47,580 nucleotides of DNA from Ruminococcaceae bacterium UBA5401 (lineage in GTDB: Bacteria; Bacillota; Clostridia; Oscillospirales; Acutalibacteraceae), in NCBI GenBank assembly GCA_002409675.1, contig DHOB01000082.1:23514-71093 (forward strand), written 5' to 3'. Below, in pieces: positions 1 through 8,667 of the stretch. The stretch's first letter is position 1; each line of letters opens with the position of its first letter. The position numbers were made by a program, and so were the translations under genes. The notes beneath the pieces were generated by a model. That model worked only from the letters and a program-made list of their open reading frames with translations. It made no database searches and was not told where the DNA came from.

Positions 1-748
1 GCATCACGCCGTCCAGGATATTGCTTTCGCCGATAAAATCCGCGACGAAGGCGTTCTTCGGCTCGTTGTAGATATCCAGTGGCGTGCCGATCTGCTGGAT
101 GGCGCCCTGGTCCATCACGACGACTTCGTCGGACATGGAGAGCGCCTCCTCCTGGTCGTGCGTGACGAACAGGAACGTGATGCCGGTCTGCTGCTGGATT
201 CTTTTGAGCTCGACCTGCATGTCCTTGCGCAGCTTGAGATCCAGCGCGCCGAGCGGCTCGTCCAGCAGAAGGACCTTCGGCTCGTTGGCGAGCGCCCGCG
301 CGATGGCGACGCGCTGCTGCTGCCCGCCGGAAAGCAGGTTCACGTTGCGGTGCTCGAAGCCGTTCAGGTCCACGAGGTTCAGCATCTGGCCGACGCGGGC
401 CTTGATTTCGCGCTCGCTTTTGCCGTGCACGCGCATGCCGAACGCCACGTTGTCGTACACGTTCAGGTGCGGGAAAAGCGCGTATTTCTGAAAGATGGTG
501 TTGACTTCCCGCCGGTGGGGCGGAAGGTCCGTGATTCTGCGGCCGTTGAAATAGACGTCGCCGGCGTCCGGCCTGACGAAGCCGCCGATGATCCTCAGAG
601 TCGTGGTCTTGCCGCAGCCGGAAGGGCCGAGCAGCGTGACAAACTCCCCGTCCCCGAGGTCCAGGTTGAAGTCCCGGAGCACGGGCACCCCGTCGAACGC
701 GACCGAGATGCCCTTGAGCGAAACGATGGGTGTTCTTTCCATTTTCAT
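1..748 (-). CDS. potA: Spermidine/putrescine ABC transporter ATP-binding protein (runs off the left edge; start may be 742)
   Basis: Manual translation gives [20 protein letters not shown]...[13 protein letters not shown] (Walker A), [48 protein letters not shown]. Not in the ORF track because it has no stop in the window. Confidence 0.9.
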   Translation of the reverse strand, partial: MKMERTPIVSLKGISVAFDGVPVLRDFNLDLGDGEFVTLLGPSGCGKTTTLRIIGGFVRPDAGDVYFNGRRITDLPPHRREVNTIFQKYALFPHLNVYDNVAFGMRVHGKSEREIKARVGQMLNLVDLNGFEHRNVNLLSGGQQQRVAIARALANEPKVLLLDEPLGALDLKLRKDMQVELKRIQQQTGITFLFVTHDQEEALSMSDEVVVMDQGAIQQIGTPLDIYNEPKNAFVADFIGESNILDGVM

Positions 749-900
749 GCATCCCCTTTGCGGTAATATGAAAAGTTGCGCAAAGCCGAAACACTTCAGC
801 GCAATCCCGGCAGCACCGCTTTGGCATTGCCCCCCGCAAAGGATTTTTCGCAGCCCGCAGGCTGCGGCAATCAGCGCCGCCGGTCAGATGCAAACGCAAC
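749..900 (-). promoter_or_regulatory. Long structured 5' leader of potA with anti-Shine-Dalgarno sequence (candidate cis-regulatory RNA)
   Basis: Nested complementary segments (872-883 with 807-818; GUUGCG/CGCAAC at the ends); CCUUUGCGG (834-842) is the exact complement of CCGCAAAGG (755-763), which overlaps the RBS. Confidence 0.5.
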
Positions 901-907
901 ATATCAA

Positions 908-936
908 ATAATAGAGGCGCGGGCCCCGTTTGTCAA
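908..936 (-). promoter_or_regulatory. SigA promoter of potA
   Basis: TTGACA (931-936), 17 bp, TATTAT (908-913), with an AT-rich UP-like tract upstream. Confidence 0.8.
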
Positions 937-1121
937 TTATTTTTTTAAATTTTACCTGAATTTTTCATTGATTTTCAGAATCCCATAAATTTATTCCCGT
1001 AACTTTTCGGAATTTCTCCCGTTTGCTCACATATCCTGTGTCTTTTACCGAAAAATCCGGCCTTTTTTGTGGGTTTCTCTTTCGGCCCCTCCGCGCACCC
1101 CCGGGCGGGGCGCCGCCGGCA

Positions 1122-1157
1122 GAAAAAGGGCCCGGCCAGACGGCCGGACCCTTTTTC
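1122..1157 (-). terminator. Intrinsic terminator, potentially bidirectional
   Basis: GAAAAAGGGCCCGGCC-AGAC-GGCCGGACCCTTTTTC inverted repeat with A/T tracts on both sides. Confidence 0.8.
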
Positions 1158-1231
1158 GTTCGCTTGAGGGGTATATTGAGGAGGGTAGAACATGTATCAG
1201 AGAGCGGTGCGGCTCCGCTGTTCTGATTACG
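1122..1231 (-). ncRNA. Candidate small regulatory RNA (~110 nt) with C-rich anti-SD motifs
   Basis: TATAAT at 1238-1243; 5' hairpin AUCAGA..AGCGG/CCGCU..UCUGAU; UACCCUCCUCAA and AUACCCCUCAA motifs; own terminator; no credible ORF with an RBS on this strand. Confidence 0.55.
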
Positions 1232-1237
1232 GTTTTC

Positions 1238-1302
1238 ATTATAGCGCCCATGCACAAAAAGGTTGTGAAGAAGTTATGAATTCGTTGTTAATTTTTTATA
1301 AA
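1238..1302 (-). promoter_or_regulatory. -10 element without a -35, preceded by four Pho-box-like direct repeats
   Basis: Minus strand TTTATA-5-TTAACA-5-TTCATA-5-TTCACA (1302 to 1264), exact 11-bp period; TATAAT at 1238-1243; the -35 position reads ACAACC. Confidence 0.55.
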
Positions 1303-1314
1303 GCAAAATCCTGC

Positions 1315-1893
1315 TTATTCCCGCAGCAGAACCGCGCGGACCGGCGCGGCCTCCGCCCCGCCCAGAAGCAGCGGCAGCGCAATCAGGCGGTAGTCCCCCG
1401 GCTCCGCGCGGGAAAGGTCCAGCCCTTCCAGCAGCGGCACGCCCGCGCCCAGCAGCTCGCGGTGGGGGGCGGCCTCGTCGTCCGGCGCGCCGACGCTCGC
1501 GGCGTCCGTGCCGACCAGCAGGAAGCCCGCGTCCGCCAGCGCGAACGCCGCGCTCTGCGAGAGGAAGGCCCCGCCGCCGCCTTTGAACAGGATGCGCCTC
1601 TGCGACCGCGGGGCCAGGCGGTCGATGTCCGCGCCGGTCACGATGCCGGAGGCCTCCGCGACGGTGCAGGGACCGATGCAGCGGCCGAGCGCCACTTTGT
1701 CGACGGAATCCCCGCCGTCGATGAAGTGCAGCGGGGCGTCCAGATGCGTCGCGCTGTGGCAGCAGGCGTAAAAGCCGGAAAGGTTGCAGTCGTCCCCCAT
1801 GTCCATCCTGCGCACAAGGTCGCGCCGGGGGGCCGGGTCGCCCGGATAGGGCGCCGCAGAGAAAAGCTCGCGCGAGATGTCGATGATTTTCAT
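1315..1893 (-). CDS. Cyclase family protein (kynurenine formamidase/KynB-like metallohydrolase)
   Basis: IIDIS...YPGDP N-terminus; HSATHLDAPLH matches the HxGTHxDxPxH motif; VGTD; ALPL...AAPVRAVL C-terminus. ATGA overlap with mtnN. Confidence 0.88.
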   Translation of the reverse strand: MKIIDISRELFSAAPYPGDPAPRRDLVRRMDMGDDCNLSGFYACCHSATHLDAPLHFIDGGDSVDKVALGRCIGPCTVAEASGIVTGADIDRLAPRSQRRILFKGGGGAFLSQSAAFALADAGFLLVGTDAASVGAPDDEAAPHRELLGAGVPLLEGLDLSRAEPGDYRLIALPLLLGGAEAAPVRAVLLRE

Positions 1894-2597
1894 GGTTCCG
1901 GCCGCCCGATCTTCGGCAGGATTCTGACGACGAGGTCGGCCGTTTTATGCGCGGAGCGCGCCGCGAAAACGGAAAAATCGACGGCCGCCTTCTCGTCCGC
2001 ATTGTCCGAAATCACGCGGACCGCGACGAACGGCACGCCGTTCATATAGCAGACCTGCGCAATGCTGCCGCCCTCCATCTCGCAGGCGCAGGCGCCGAAC
2101 TCCCGCGCGATGCGCCCGAGGCGGTCCGCGTCGCTGATGAACTGGTCGCCCGTGGCGACCACGCCGGCGTGCACCTTCCCGGGGCCGTAGATGCCGCGGG
2201 CGGCGGCGAGGACGAGCGCCTCCAGCGGGCGCGACGCCGGGATGACCGTGAGGTTCAGCCCGCTGATTCTGCCCTTCGGGTCGCCGAGGGCGGAAGTGTC
2301 CATATCGTGCTGCACCAGGCCGGTGGAGACGACCACATCGCCGATATGGATGCCCTTCCCGATTCCGCCCGCGACGCCGACGTTCACGACGGCCTCCGGC
2401 GACCAGTTCAGGATCATGGTCTGGGCGCAGACGGCGGCGGCGACCTTCCCCACCCCGCACCGCGCGACCACGCAGTCCGTTCCGGCGATTTTTCCCGAGC
2501 GGTAGGCGATTCCGCTCACGGTTTTCGACGTGCCGCCCTCCATCCGCTTCAGCAGATTTTCCACTTCGACGGCCATGGCCCCGATGATTCCGATCAT
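1890..2597 (-). CDS. mtnN: 5'-methylthioadenosine/S-adenosylhomocysteine nucleosidase
   Basis: MIGIIGAMAVEV, CGVGKVAAA, NVGVAGG, VQHDMD, ATGDQFI, EMEG, RVISDNAD; GGAGG RBS. Confidence 0.95.
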   Translation of the reverse strand: MIGIIGAMAVEVENLLKRMEGGTSKTVSGIAYRSGKIAGTDCVVARCGVGKVAAAVCAQTMILNWSPEAVVNVGVAGGIGKGIHIGDVVVSTGLVQHDMDTSALGDPKGRISGLNLTVIPASRPLEALVLAAARGIYGPGKVHAGVVATGDQFISDADRLGRIAREFGACACEMEGGSIAQVCYMNGVPFVAVRVISDNADEKAAVDFSVFAARSAHKTADLVVRILPKIGRPEP

Positions 2598-2625
2598 GAA
2601 AGCACCTCCAAAAATTTTCCGGTCC

Positions 2626-4119
2626 TCAGCGCAGCCGCGCCCGGAGGGTATCCGTGATGATGCGGAGCGCCTGGATGCGCCCGAATTTCTTGTCCTGCGA
2701 CTCGACGATGTGCCAGGGCGCGGATTCGGTGGAGGTGTACCGCAGCATGTCGTTCACGCAGACCTCGTACTGGTCCCATTTGCTGCGGTTGCGCCAGTCC
2801 TCATCCGTGATTTTCCACTGCTTCGCGGGCGTCCTCTGCCGGTCCTGAAAGCGGCGGAGCTGCTCGTTTTTGTCAATCTGCAGCCAGAATTTTATCACGA
2901 CGGCGCCCCAGTCGCAGAGCTGGCGCTCGAACTCGTCGATTTCGCGGTAGGCGCGGAGCCACTCCGCCCGGGTGCAGAAGCCCTCCACCCGCTCCACCAG
3001 CACGCGGCCGTACCAGCTGCGGTCAAAGATGGCGATGTGCCCGTCGCGGGGCAGGTTGACCCAGAACCGCCACAGGTAATGCCGGGCGGCCTCGTCCGGG
3101 GTGGGGGCCGCGATGGGGACGACCGCATAGCCGCGCGGGTCCAGCGCCCGCGCGACCCGGCGGATGTTGCCGCCCTTCCCGGCGGCGTCCCACCCCTCGT
3201 AGACCAGAACGGCGGGCACCTTTTTGCGGTAGAGCCTGCCGTGCAGCTCGCTCAGAAGCTCCTGCTGCTTTTCCAGCTCTCTGCGGTAGGTCTTTTCGTC
3301 GAGCGCGCGGTCCAGCTTTACGTCGGCGAGCTTGGGCATGGGCACCAGCGGAAAGCCGCCGGGCAGCGGCGCGGTTTCCGGCTCCGCCTGCGCGCCCGGT
3401 GCGCGGGAGAGCGCCTCCTCCATCTTCTGCGCCGTGATGCGGAACACCTCCAGTGCGGCGGCCTTCCGGTCCATGCCGGAGACCACGTGCCAGCGGGCGC
3501 AGGCGGTGTCGGTGTAGCCGAGCATCTCGTCGAACGCCCGAAAATACCGGTCGTACCGGTGGTTGCGCCGCCAGTCCCGCTCCGTGACGCGCCAGGCGGT
3601 GTCCTTGTCCCGCACCAGCTTCTCGAACCGTTTTTTCTGTTCTTTGCGGCTGATGTGCAGGAAGAATTTCAAAATCAGGTATCCGCCGTCCGTGAGCTGG
3701 CGCTCCAGGATATTGATGTCGTTCATGCGGCGGACGGCTTCCGCATCATCTAAGTCTTCCTCGATGCGCGCCGTGGAGACATCCATATACCAGCTCCGGT
3801 CCAGCACGGCGATCTGCCCTTTCGGCGGAATCACGCGCCAGTAGCGCCACAGGACCGGCTCGCGCCGCTCCAGCTTCGTGGGGGCGGTGAAGGAATAGAC
3901 CTTGAACCCGCGCGGGTCCAGGTTCAGAATCAGGTCGGAAATCAGGCCGCCCTTGCCGGCGGCGCCCCATCCCTCGAACAGGAGAATCACCGGCAGCCCC
4001 TTTTTCCGGACGGCCTGCTGGAGCAGCGAAAGGCGCGCGCCGAGCGCCTCCGTCTGCTTTTTAATCTTCCCGCCGTCCCTTTCGGGCTCTTCCCCGGTCC
4101 GTTCAAAATCCTGCAGCAT
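2626..4119 (-). CDS. pap: Two-domain polyphosphate kinase 2, class II (polyphosphate:AMP phosphotransferase)
   Basis: Tandem PPK2 domains: N-terminal EGWGAAGKG...LDPRG...DRSWY, C-terminal EGWDAAGKG...FDRSWYGR (Gly signature of class II), WKITDEDW; GGGAGG RBS. Confidence 0.92.
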   Translation of the reverse strand: MLQDFERTGEEPERDGGKIKKQTEALGARLSLLQQAVRKKGLPVILLFEGWGAAGKGGLISDLILNLDPRGFKVYSFTAPTKLERREPVLWRYWRVIPPKGQIAVLDRSWYMDVSTARIEEDLDDAEAVRRMNDINILERQLTDGGYLILKFFLHISRKEQKKRFEKLVRDKDTAWRVTERDWRRNHRYDRYFRAFDEMLGYTDTACARWHVVSGMDRKAAALEVFRITAQKMEEALSRAPGAQAEPETAPLPGGFPLVPMPKLADVKLDRALDEKTYRRELEKQQELLSELHGRLYRKKVPAVLVYEGWDAAGKGGNIRRVARALDPRGYAVVPIAAPTPDEAARHYLWRFWVNLPRDGHIAIFDRSWYGRVLVERVEGFCTRAEWLRAYREIDEFERQLCDWGAVVIKFWLQIDKNEQLRRFQDRQRTPAKQWKITDEDWRNRSKWDQYEVCVNDMLRYTSTESAPWHIVESQDKKFGRIQALRIITDTLRARLR

Positions 4120-4208
4120 ACTGCTCCTCCCTTTCCAGATTCTTTTTTATTTTTCATGGCTTTTCTGAAATCATGCGAAAGGCCGTGAAAAAGGAAAAAG
4201 CCCGTTTT

Positions 4209-4790
4209 TTACAGCCGCGCCGCAAGCTCGCGGAACTGCTCGTAGCTCATCAGGCTGCTGAGCACCCCGGGAAGCGACGAGGGCGAAAGATGCTCCGGCA
4301 GGTCCAGCGCGCGCAGAAGCGCCAGCCGCCTGCGCGCGCTGTTCTCGCCGCCCGAAAGCCCCGCCAGGTACAAATCGGTCTTGGTGATGGGCCTGCCCGC
4401 CGGGGGCTGCGGCGCGCAGTCTACGCCCGCGCGCCGCAGCGCCTGCAGAATCGCCTGCGCCGGGGCGCCCTCCACGCCCAGCTTGCCCTCGCGGGAAGGC
4501 CTGCGCTTGCGCTTTTCCTTGCCGAAAAGGTCCGGCAGGTAGGCGTGCTTGATTTTTTCCGGCGGAATGGCGCCGGAAAGGTAATGGCGAATCAGGAACC
4601 CGGCGGCGTCGCTGTCGGTCAGGACGACCAGGCCGCGCGTGTCCGCCAGGCGGCGCAGAAGGGCCATCCGCCGCCCGTCCTTGAAGATGCGGAACCCGCC
4701 GGTCTCCAGAATCAGGCCGTCAATCAGCGAAGCGAGGCGGATTCTGTCGTATTTTCCCTCGACGACGACGGCTTCCTTCACGTGAATCAA
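4209..4790 (-). CDS. rnmV: Toprim-domain ribonuclease M5-like protein (DUF4093)
   Basis: TTG start overlaps the holA stop; VVVEGKYD, LTDSDAAG, GKLGVEG, ITKTDLYLAGLSG motifs. Confidence 0.8.
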   Translation of the reverse strand: MIHVKEAVVVEGKYDRIRLASLIDGLILETGGFRIFKDGRRMALLRRLADTRGLVVLTDSDAAGFLIRHYLSGAIPPEKIKHAYLPDLFGKEKRKRRPSREGKLGVEGAPAQAILQALRRAGVDCAPQPPAGRPITKTDLYLAGLSGGENSARRRLALLRALDLPEHLSPSSLPGVLSSLMSYEQFRELAARL

Positions 4791-5842
4791 CCGTCCTTCT
4801 CCCCTTTCGCAAGGACGAGCAGCCGCGCGACCAGCTTCTCCAGCATCAGGCGGCGGTCGCCGCGCGCGCTTTTGAGCGCGAGGTCCGTCTCCAGCAGAGC
4901 GTCCAGGCTTTCGCGCAGCATGGAGGAAGAAAAGCGGCCGCACAGGCGCTCCGCGTTGGTCAGGCGGAACTCCCTGCGCCTGTAGTCGAAATATTTGGCC
5001 GGCTCCGTCGCGGGGCGGCCGCTCTGCACGGCGGCGCGCACGCGGTACAGGTCCAGGTACGCCCCGGCCAGCACGGCGAGCACGGCGACCGGCTCCTCGT
5101 TCTGGTAGAACAGGCCGCCCAGGATGCGGTAGGCGCGGTCGCCGTCCCCCGCGAGGACGGCCTTCGAAAGGTCGAACACGCGCGCCTCCAGGTTGCGGAC
5201 GGCAAGGCGGTCCACGGTCTGCGCGGTGATTTCCCCGGAACCCGTAAAAGCGCAGAGCTTGTTCAGCTCGTTCAGGGCCGTGTGCATCCCCGTGCCGCAG
5301 CAGCCGAGCAGGCGGGCGGCGTTCTGCCGCGAGAGCGCGCAGCCCCGCCGGGCCGCCCCCGCGCAGAGCAGCTTTTCCATCTGCGCCTGCGTGCGCCCGC
5401 GAAGGGAGACGGTGGCGCCCGCTTTGCCCGCCTGGGCGAGGAATTTTTTCCAGCCCCTGTCCCTGCGCTCGTCGAACGCGATGGAGGGCAGGTAAATCAC
5501 CAGCACGCAGCTTTCCGGCAAATCGCCCAGAAGCTGCCCGAGCTTATTGGCCTCGCCCGCGCGCAGGGCGGGGACGTCCAAATCGGAGACCGCGACGCAT
5601 TTTCGCCGCGCCAGAACCGGCAGCGCCTCGACCGCGGCGGCAATGCCGTCCACGCCGGTCTCGCCGCCGTCGAACTTCTGCCGGTTGAAGTCGGCCGGAC
5701 CCTCGGCGCCCGCCTTGGCGAGAATTCTGCCGGCGTAGTATTCGACCAGGTATTTCTCCTCGCCGTACAGCACGTACAGTTTCTGAAAATCGGCGCTCTT
5801 AATCTGCTTTTTAAGCTCCGCTTCCGTAATCTCCGGCATCAT
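4787..5842 (-). CDS. holA: DNA polymerase III delta subunit
   Basis: C-terminal 351 aa of ORF 4787..7972: LYVLYGEEKYLV, ELNKLCAF, VFDLSKA, TDLALKS; conserved comEC-holA synteny. The upstream extension of the ORF is a GC-rich artefact. Confidence 0.92.
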   Translation of the reverse strand: MMPEITEAELKKQIKSADFQKLYVLYGEEKYLVEYYAGRILAKAGAEGPADFNRQKFDGGETGVDGIAAAVEALPVLARRKCVAVSDLDVPALRAGEANKLGQLLGDLPESCVLVIYLPSIAFDERRDRGWKKFLAQAGKAGATVSLRGRTQAQMEKLLCAGAARRGCALSRQNAARLLGCCGTGMHTALNELNKLCAFTGSGEITAQTVDRLAVRNLEARVFDLSKAVLAGDGDRAYRILGGLFYQNEEPVAVLAVLAGAYLDLYRVRAAVQSGRPATEPAKYFDYRRREFRLTNAERLCGRFSSSMLRESLDALLETDLALKSARGDRRLMLEKLVARLLVLAKGEKDG

Positions 5843-8064
5843 TTCTCCCTCCCGATCGACAGGGTCCGGTCCCCTTTGAACTGCAGCACCACGTTTCCGC
5901 AGCCGCCCGTCCACAGGCGGCGCCTGTCCCGCGCCGCCGCGTCCGATTTTTTCAGGTCTCCGCCCTCCACGGCGAGCACCGTGCAGGCCGCGGGCGGCGT
6001 CTGCCCGGCGGGCGGGGCGTCCGTGACCAGAAAGTCCGGCGCACGCCATTCTTCCGGCAGAGCCGCCGCATCCGCCGCCCCCGGCAGCAGCAGCACGGAA
6101 ATGCCGCCCGCGCAGATCCGCGCGGCATCCGCCCCGCCGCACGACCGCGTCTCCACCGTCGCCGCGCCCCAGAGCGACACGCTCGCGTTCTGCCGGTACA
6201 GCACGCACCGCCCGGCCTTCGACGCGGCGGCCTGCAGGAAGCCGTCCACCCGGTTTCCCTGCCGCGACACCAGGCACCGCGGCGGGAACCGGCCGGCCAG
6301 CCCGGCGGCGCAGGCAAGCTCCTCCCGCTCGGCCGTCAGGACCTGGAGCGCGTCGAGGCTGCGGATGTTTTGCTGTTCCAGATAAGAGAGGACCGCGCCG
6401 GAATGATAGCCGCCGCATCCGACCACCGCCGCACGCCCGTCGCGCGTGAGCACGGCGGAAACGCCCGTGCCCGAATCCAGCACCGCCAGACGCACCGCGC
6501 CCCGCCGGGGAATCTGGTACGAGAACACGCCCGTCAGCAGCAGAATCACGGAAAGGCACGCGGCCTGCGGAAACAGCCGCCGGCCCCTGCCGAGCGCCAG
6601 CGCGGCGGCAAAAAGCAGCACCGTCCCCGCCAGCCAGAGCGGCACGAAGCCCTGCGAGGCGGAGCCCCCCGCCCCCGGCAGGCGGGCGAGCCACGCGGCG
6701 CACACCCGCATGTACTTTGCCAGCAGGCCCGCCGCCAGCGCGAACGGCATGGCCAGAGACGACTGCGGCAGCAGCAGGTTCAGCACGGCCGCCGCGCCGC
6801 CGAAGCCGATCATCAGCGAAGAGGGCACCAGCTCCAGCAGGTTGGCGAGCGGCGCGATGAAAGAAACCGAACCGAACGTCAGCAGCACCACCGGAAGGGT
6901 AAACAGGGTCGCCGCGACCGTCGTGGCCAGCACGCCGTCCACCGCCCGCACCAGCGGCGACAGGGCGGGCACCCGGTCCAGCCTGCCGTTCAGAAAGCGC
7001 GCCGCCGGCCCCGCGAGAAGCACCAGCCCGAGCGTCGCGGAAAACGAGAGCAGCAGGCCCACGTCCGCCGCGGCGTAGGGGTTGGCGAGGCAGATCAGCA
7101 GCACCGAGACGCACAGCGAATTGAGCGGGTCCGCCCGGCGCGAGAAAACCGAGGCGGCGAGCAGCAGCAGGCACATCACCCCGCTGCGCGTGACCGGCGG
7201 CACAAAGCAGGTCACGGCCATAAAACCGAGGACGCCGCACCCGGCCGCCGCGGCCGCCGCGCGCTTCGGCACCCGCAGGGACAGCAGCAGAAAAATCATC
7301 AGCTCCGCCACGGTCGCCATGTGCAGGCCGGAAACGGAGAGGATGTGCGAGATCCCGTCCGTCCGGAAGTCGGAAATCAGTCCGTCGGAAAGGCCGCCCG
7401 TGTCCCCCAGAAGGACGCCGTTCAGCAGGGCCGCCTCGTCGGGCGGAAGCAGGGCCTTCACAGATTCCAGCAGGCGCCGGCGCAGGGTCAGCGCGTAGTA
7501 GTACGGCGGCCTGGAAACCGGCGGCAGAATCCGGACGCCCTCGTACCCGTACAGGTAGGCGAACATCGCCACGCCTTTGGAGGCGTAGTACCCGCGCGAA
7601 GAATACCCTTCGCCCCCGGGCGGCAGAAACAGGTGGATCTTGCCCCGGATGCGGGAGTACGGCTCCGCCTCCGGCATCTTCTGCGCGGAAAGGCGGATCT
7701 TGAAGGGCCGCGGCAGCGCCTGCCCCTGCGCGCGGTCGACCCGCACGACGCAGTACCACCTGCCGTACCGCCGGACCGGCAGCTCGCAGACGGTCGCCTC
7801 CACCTGAAGGTCCCGCCCGTCCAGCGCGCGGGGCGGCTCGATGACAAAGCGCGTGTACAGGCAGAACGAGGCCAGCGCCACCGCCGCCGTGAGGAACGCG
7901 AGCGGGAACACCACGGCCCGGCGCGTGCGCCAGTAGACGAACGTGACGCCGGCCCCCGCGGCGCAGACCCACAGCAGAACGAACGAAACCGCCGCGCCGA
8001 AAAAAACGGCGGCTGCCAGTGTCAGCAGGGAGCAGAGCCCCACCAGCACGAGCGGCCGTTTCAT
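5839..8064 (-). CDS. comEC: ComEC/Rec2 DNA uptake channel protein; C-terminal metallo-beta-lactamase-like domain appears degenerate
   Basis: N-terminal TM and OB-like region; GISHILSVSGLHM Competence-domain motif; many TM helices; start MKRPLV after a GGAG RBS. Confidence 0.9.
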   Translation of the reverse strand: MKRPLVLVGLCSLLTLAAAVFFGAAVSFVLLWVCAAGAGVTFVYWRTRRAVVFPLAFLTAAVALASFCLYTRFVIEPPRALDGRDLQVEATVCELPVRRYGRWYCVVRVDRAQGQALPRPFKIRLSAQKMPEAEPYSRIRGKIHLFLPPGGEGYSSRGYYASKGVAMFAYLYGYEGVRILPPVSRPPYYYALTLRRRLLESVKALLPPDEAALLNGVLLGDTGGLSDGLISDFRTDGISHILSVSGLHMATVAELMIFLLLSLRVPKRAAAAAAGCGVLGFMAVTCFVPPVTRSGVMCLLLLAASVFSRRADPLNSLCVSVLLICLANPYAAADVGLLLSFSATLGLVLLAGPAARFLNGRLDRVPALSPLVRAVDGVLATTVAATLFTLPVVLLTFGSVSFIAPLANLLELVPSSLMIGFGGAAAVLNLLLPQSSLAMPFALAAGLLAKYMRVCAAWLARLPGAGGSASQGFVPLWLAGTVLLFAAALALGRGRRLFPQAACLSVILLLTGVFSYQIPRRGAVRLAVLDSGTGVSAVLTRDGRAAVVGCGGYHSGAVLSYLEQQNIRSLDALQVLTAEREELACAAGLAGRFPPRCLVSRQGNRVDGFLQAAASKAGRCVLYRQNASVSLWGAATVETRSCGGADAARICAGGISVLLLPGAADAAALPEEWRAPDFLVTDAPPAGQTPPAACTVLAVEGGDLKKSDAAARDRRRLWTGGCGNVVLQFKGDRTLSIGREK

Positions 8065-8083
8065 CCCATTTCTCCCTTTCCGG

Positions 8084-8626
8084 TCATTTGTAAAACAGGG
8101 GCAGCGGGTTGAGGTAGACGATGTCTCTGCGGTCCTTCGCATCCCCTTCGGCGAGCACGCAGGCGCGGCCGACGATGTTGCCGCCGTACCGTTTGACCAG
8201 CTTCTCCATCGCGGCGAGGGACTCCCCGGTGCTGATCACGTCGTCGACAATCAGCACGCGCTTTCCGCGCAGGACCTTCTCGTCCTCTTCAGAGAGGTAC
8301 AGCCGCTGCATGTGGTCCGTGGTGATGGATTTGACCTCCACGTAGATGGGGTTGCGCATGTACGCCTTGACGCTCTTGCGCGCCACGACGTATTTTCCGC
8401 AGCCCTGGCGCGCCATTTCGTAGCAGAGCGGGATTCCCTTGGTCTCGGCGGTGACGACCACGTCGTGCCCGGGGCATATCTTCAGCAGCGCGGCGGCCGT
8501 TTTCTCCGTCAGCTCCACGTCGCCGAGCATGATGAACCCGGCTATGTCCAGATGTTCGTCAATCGGGCAGATGGGCAGTTCCCTTTCGCATCCCGCGATG
8601 GTCATCTTATAGTATTTGCCGCTCAT
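8084..8626 (-). CDS. Purine phosphoribosyltransferase (adenine PRTase-like)
   Basis: TAETKGIP, VARKSVK, SITT, and PRPP-binding VLIVDDVISTGES motif. Confidence 0.85.
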   Translation of the reverse strand: MSGKYYKMTIAGCERELPICPIDEHLDIAGFIMLGDVELTEKTAAALLKICPGHDVVVTAETKGIPLCYEMARQGCGKYVVARKSVKAYMRNPIYVEVKSITTDHMQRLYLSEEDEKVLRGKRVLIVDDVISTGESLAAMEKLVKRYGGNIVGRACVLAEGDAKDRRDIVYLNPLPLFYK

Positions 8627-8667
8627 TGGTGATACAACCGACCTTTCCGTTTATTGGGGTCTTTTCG

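Noticed and set aside
955-1016. CodY-like boxes upstream of the potA promoter (also near 4160-4175)
   Set aside because: About 5 mismatches to AATTTTCWGAAAATT in AT-rich sequence; not distinguishable from background by eye.
975-1255. Small minus-strand ORFs (70-96 aa) over the candidate sRNA
   Set aside because: No RBS, they read through the terminator hairpin, and they have no recognisable features.
1192-2049. Plus-strand 285-aa ORF with a strong-looking RBS (GAGGAGG) before ATG 1192
   Set aside because: It lies antisense across the cyclase gene and part of mtnN, the product is Arg/Ala-rich with no motif, and a bidirectional terminator sits just upstream. The apparent RBS is the complement of the C-rich motif of the candidate sRNA.
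4787-7972. 1061-aa ORF suggesting a giant HolA fusion
   Set aside because: The first ~710 codons are an alternative frame of comEC with low-complexity R/G/A/P content, expected at this GC level; HolA starts at 5842 with its own RBS.
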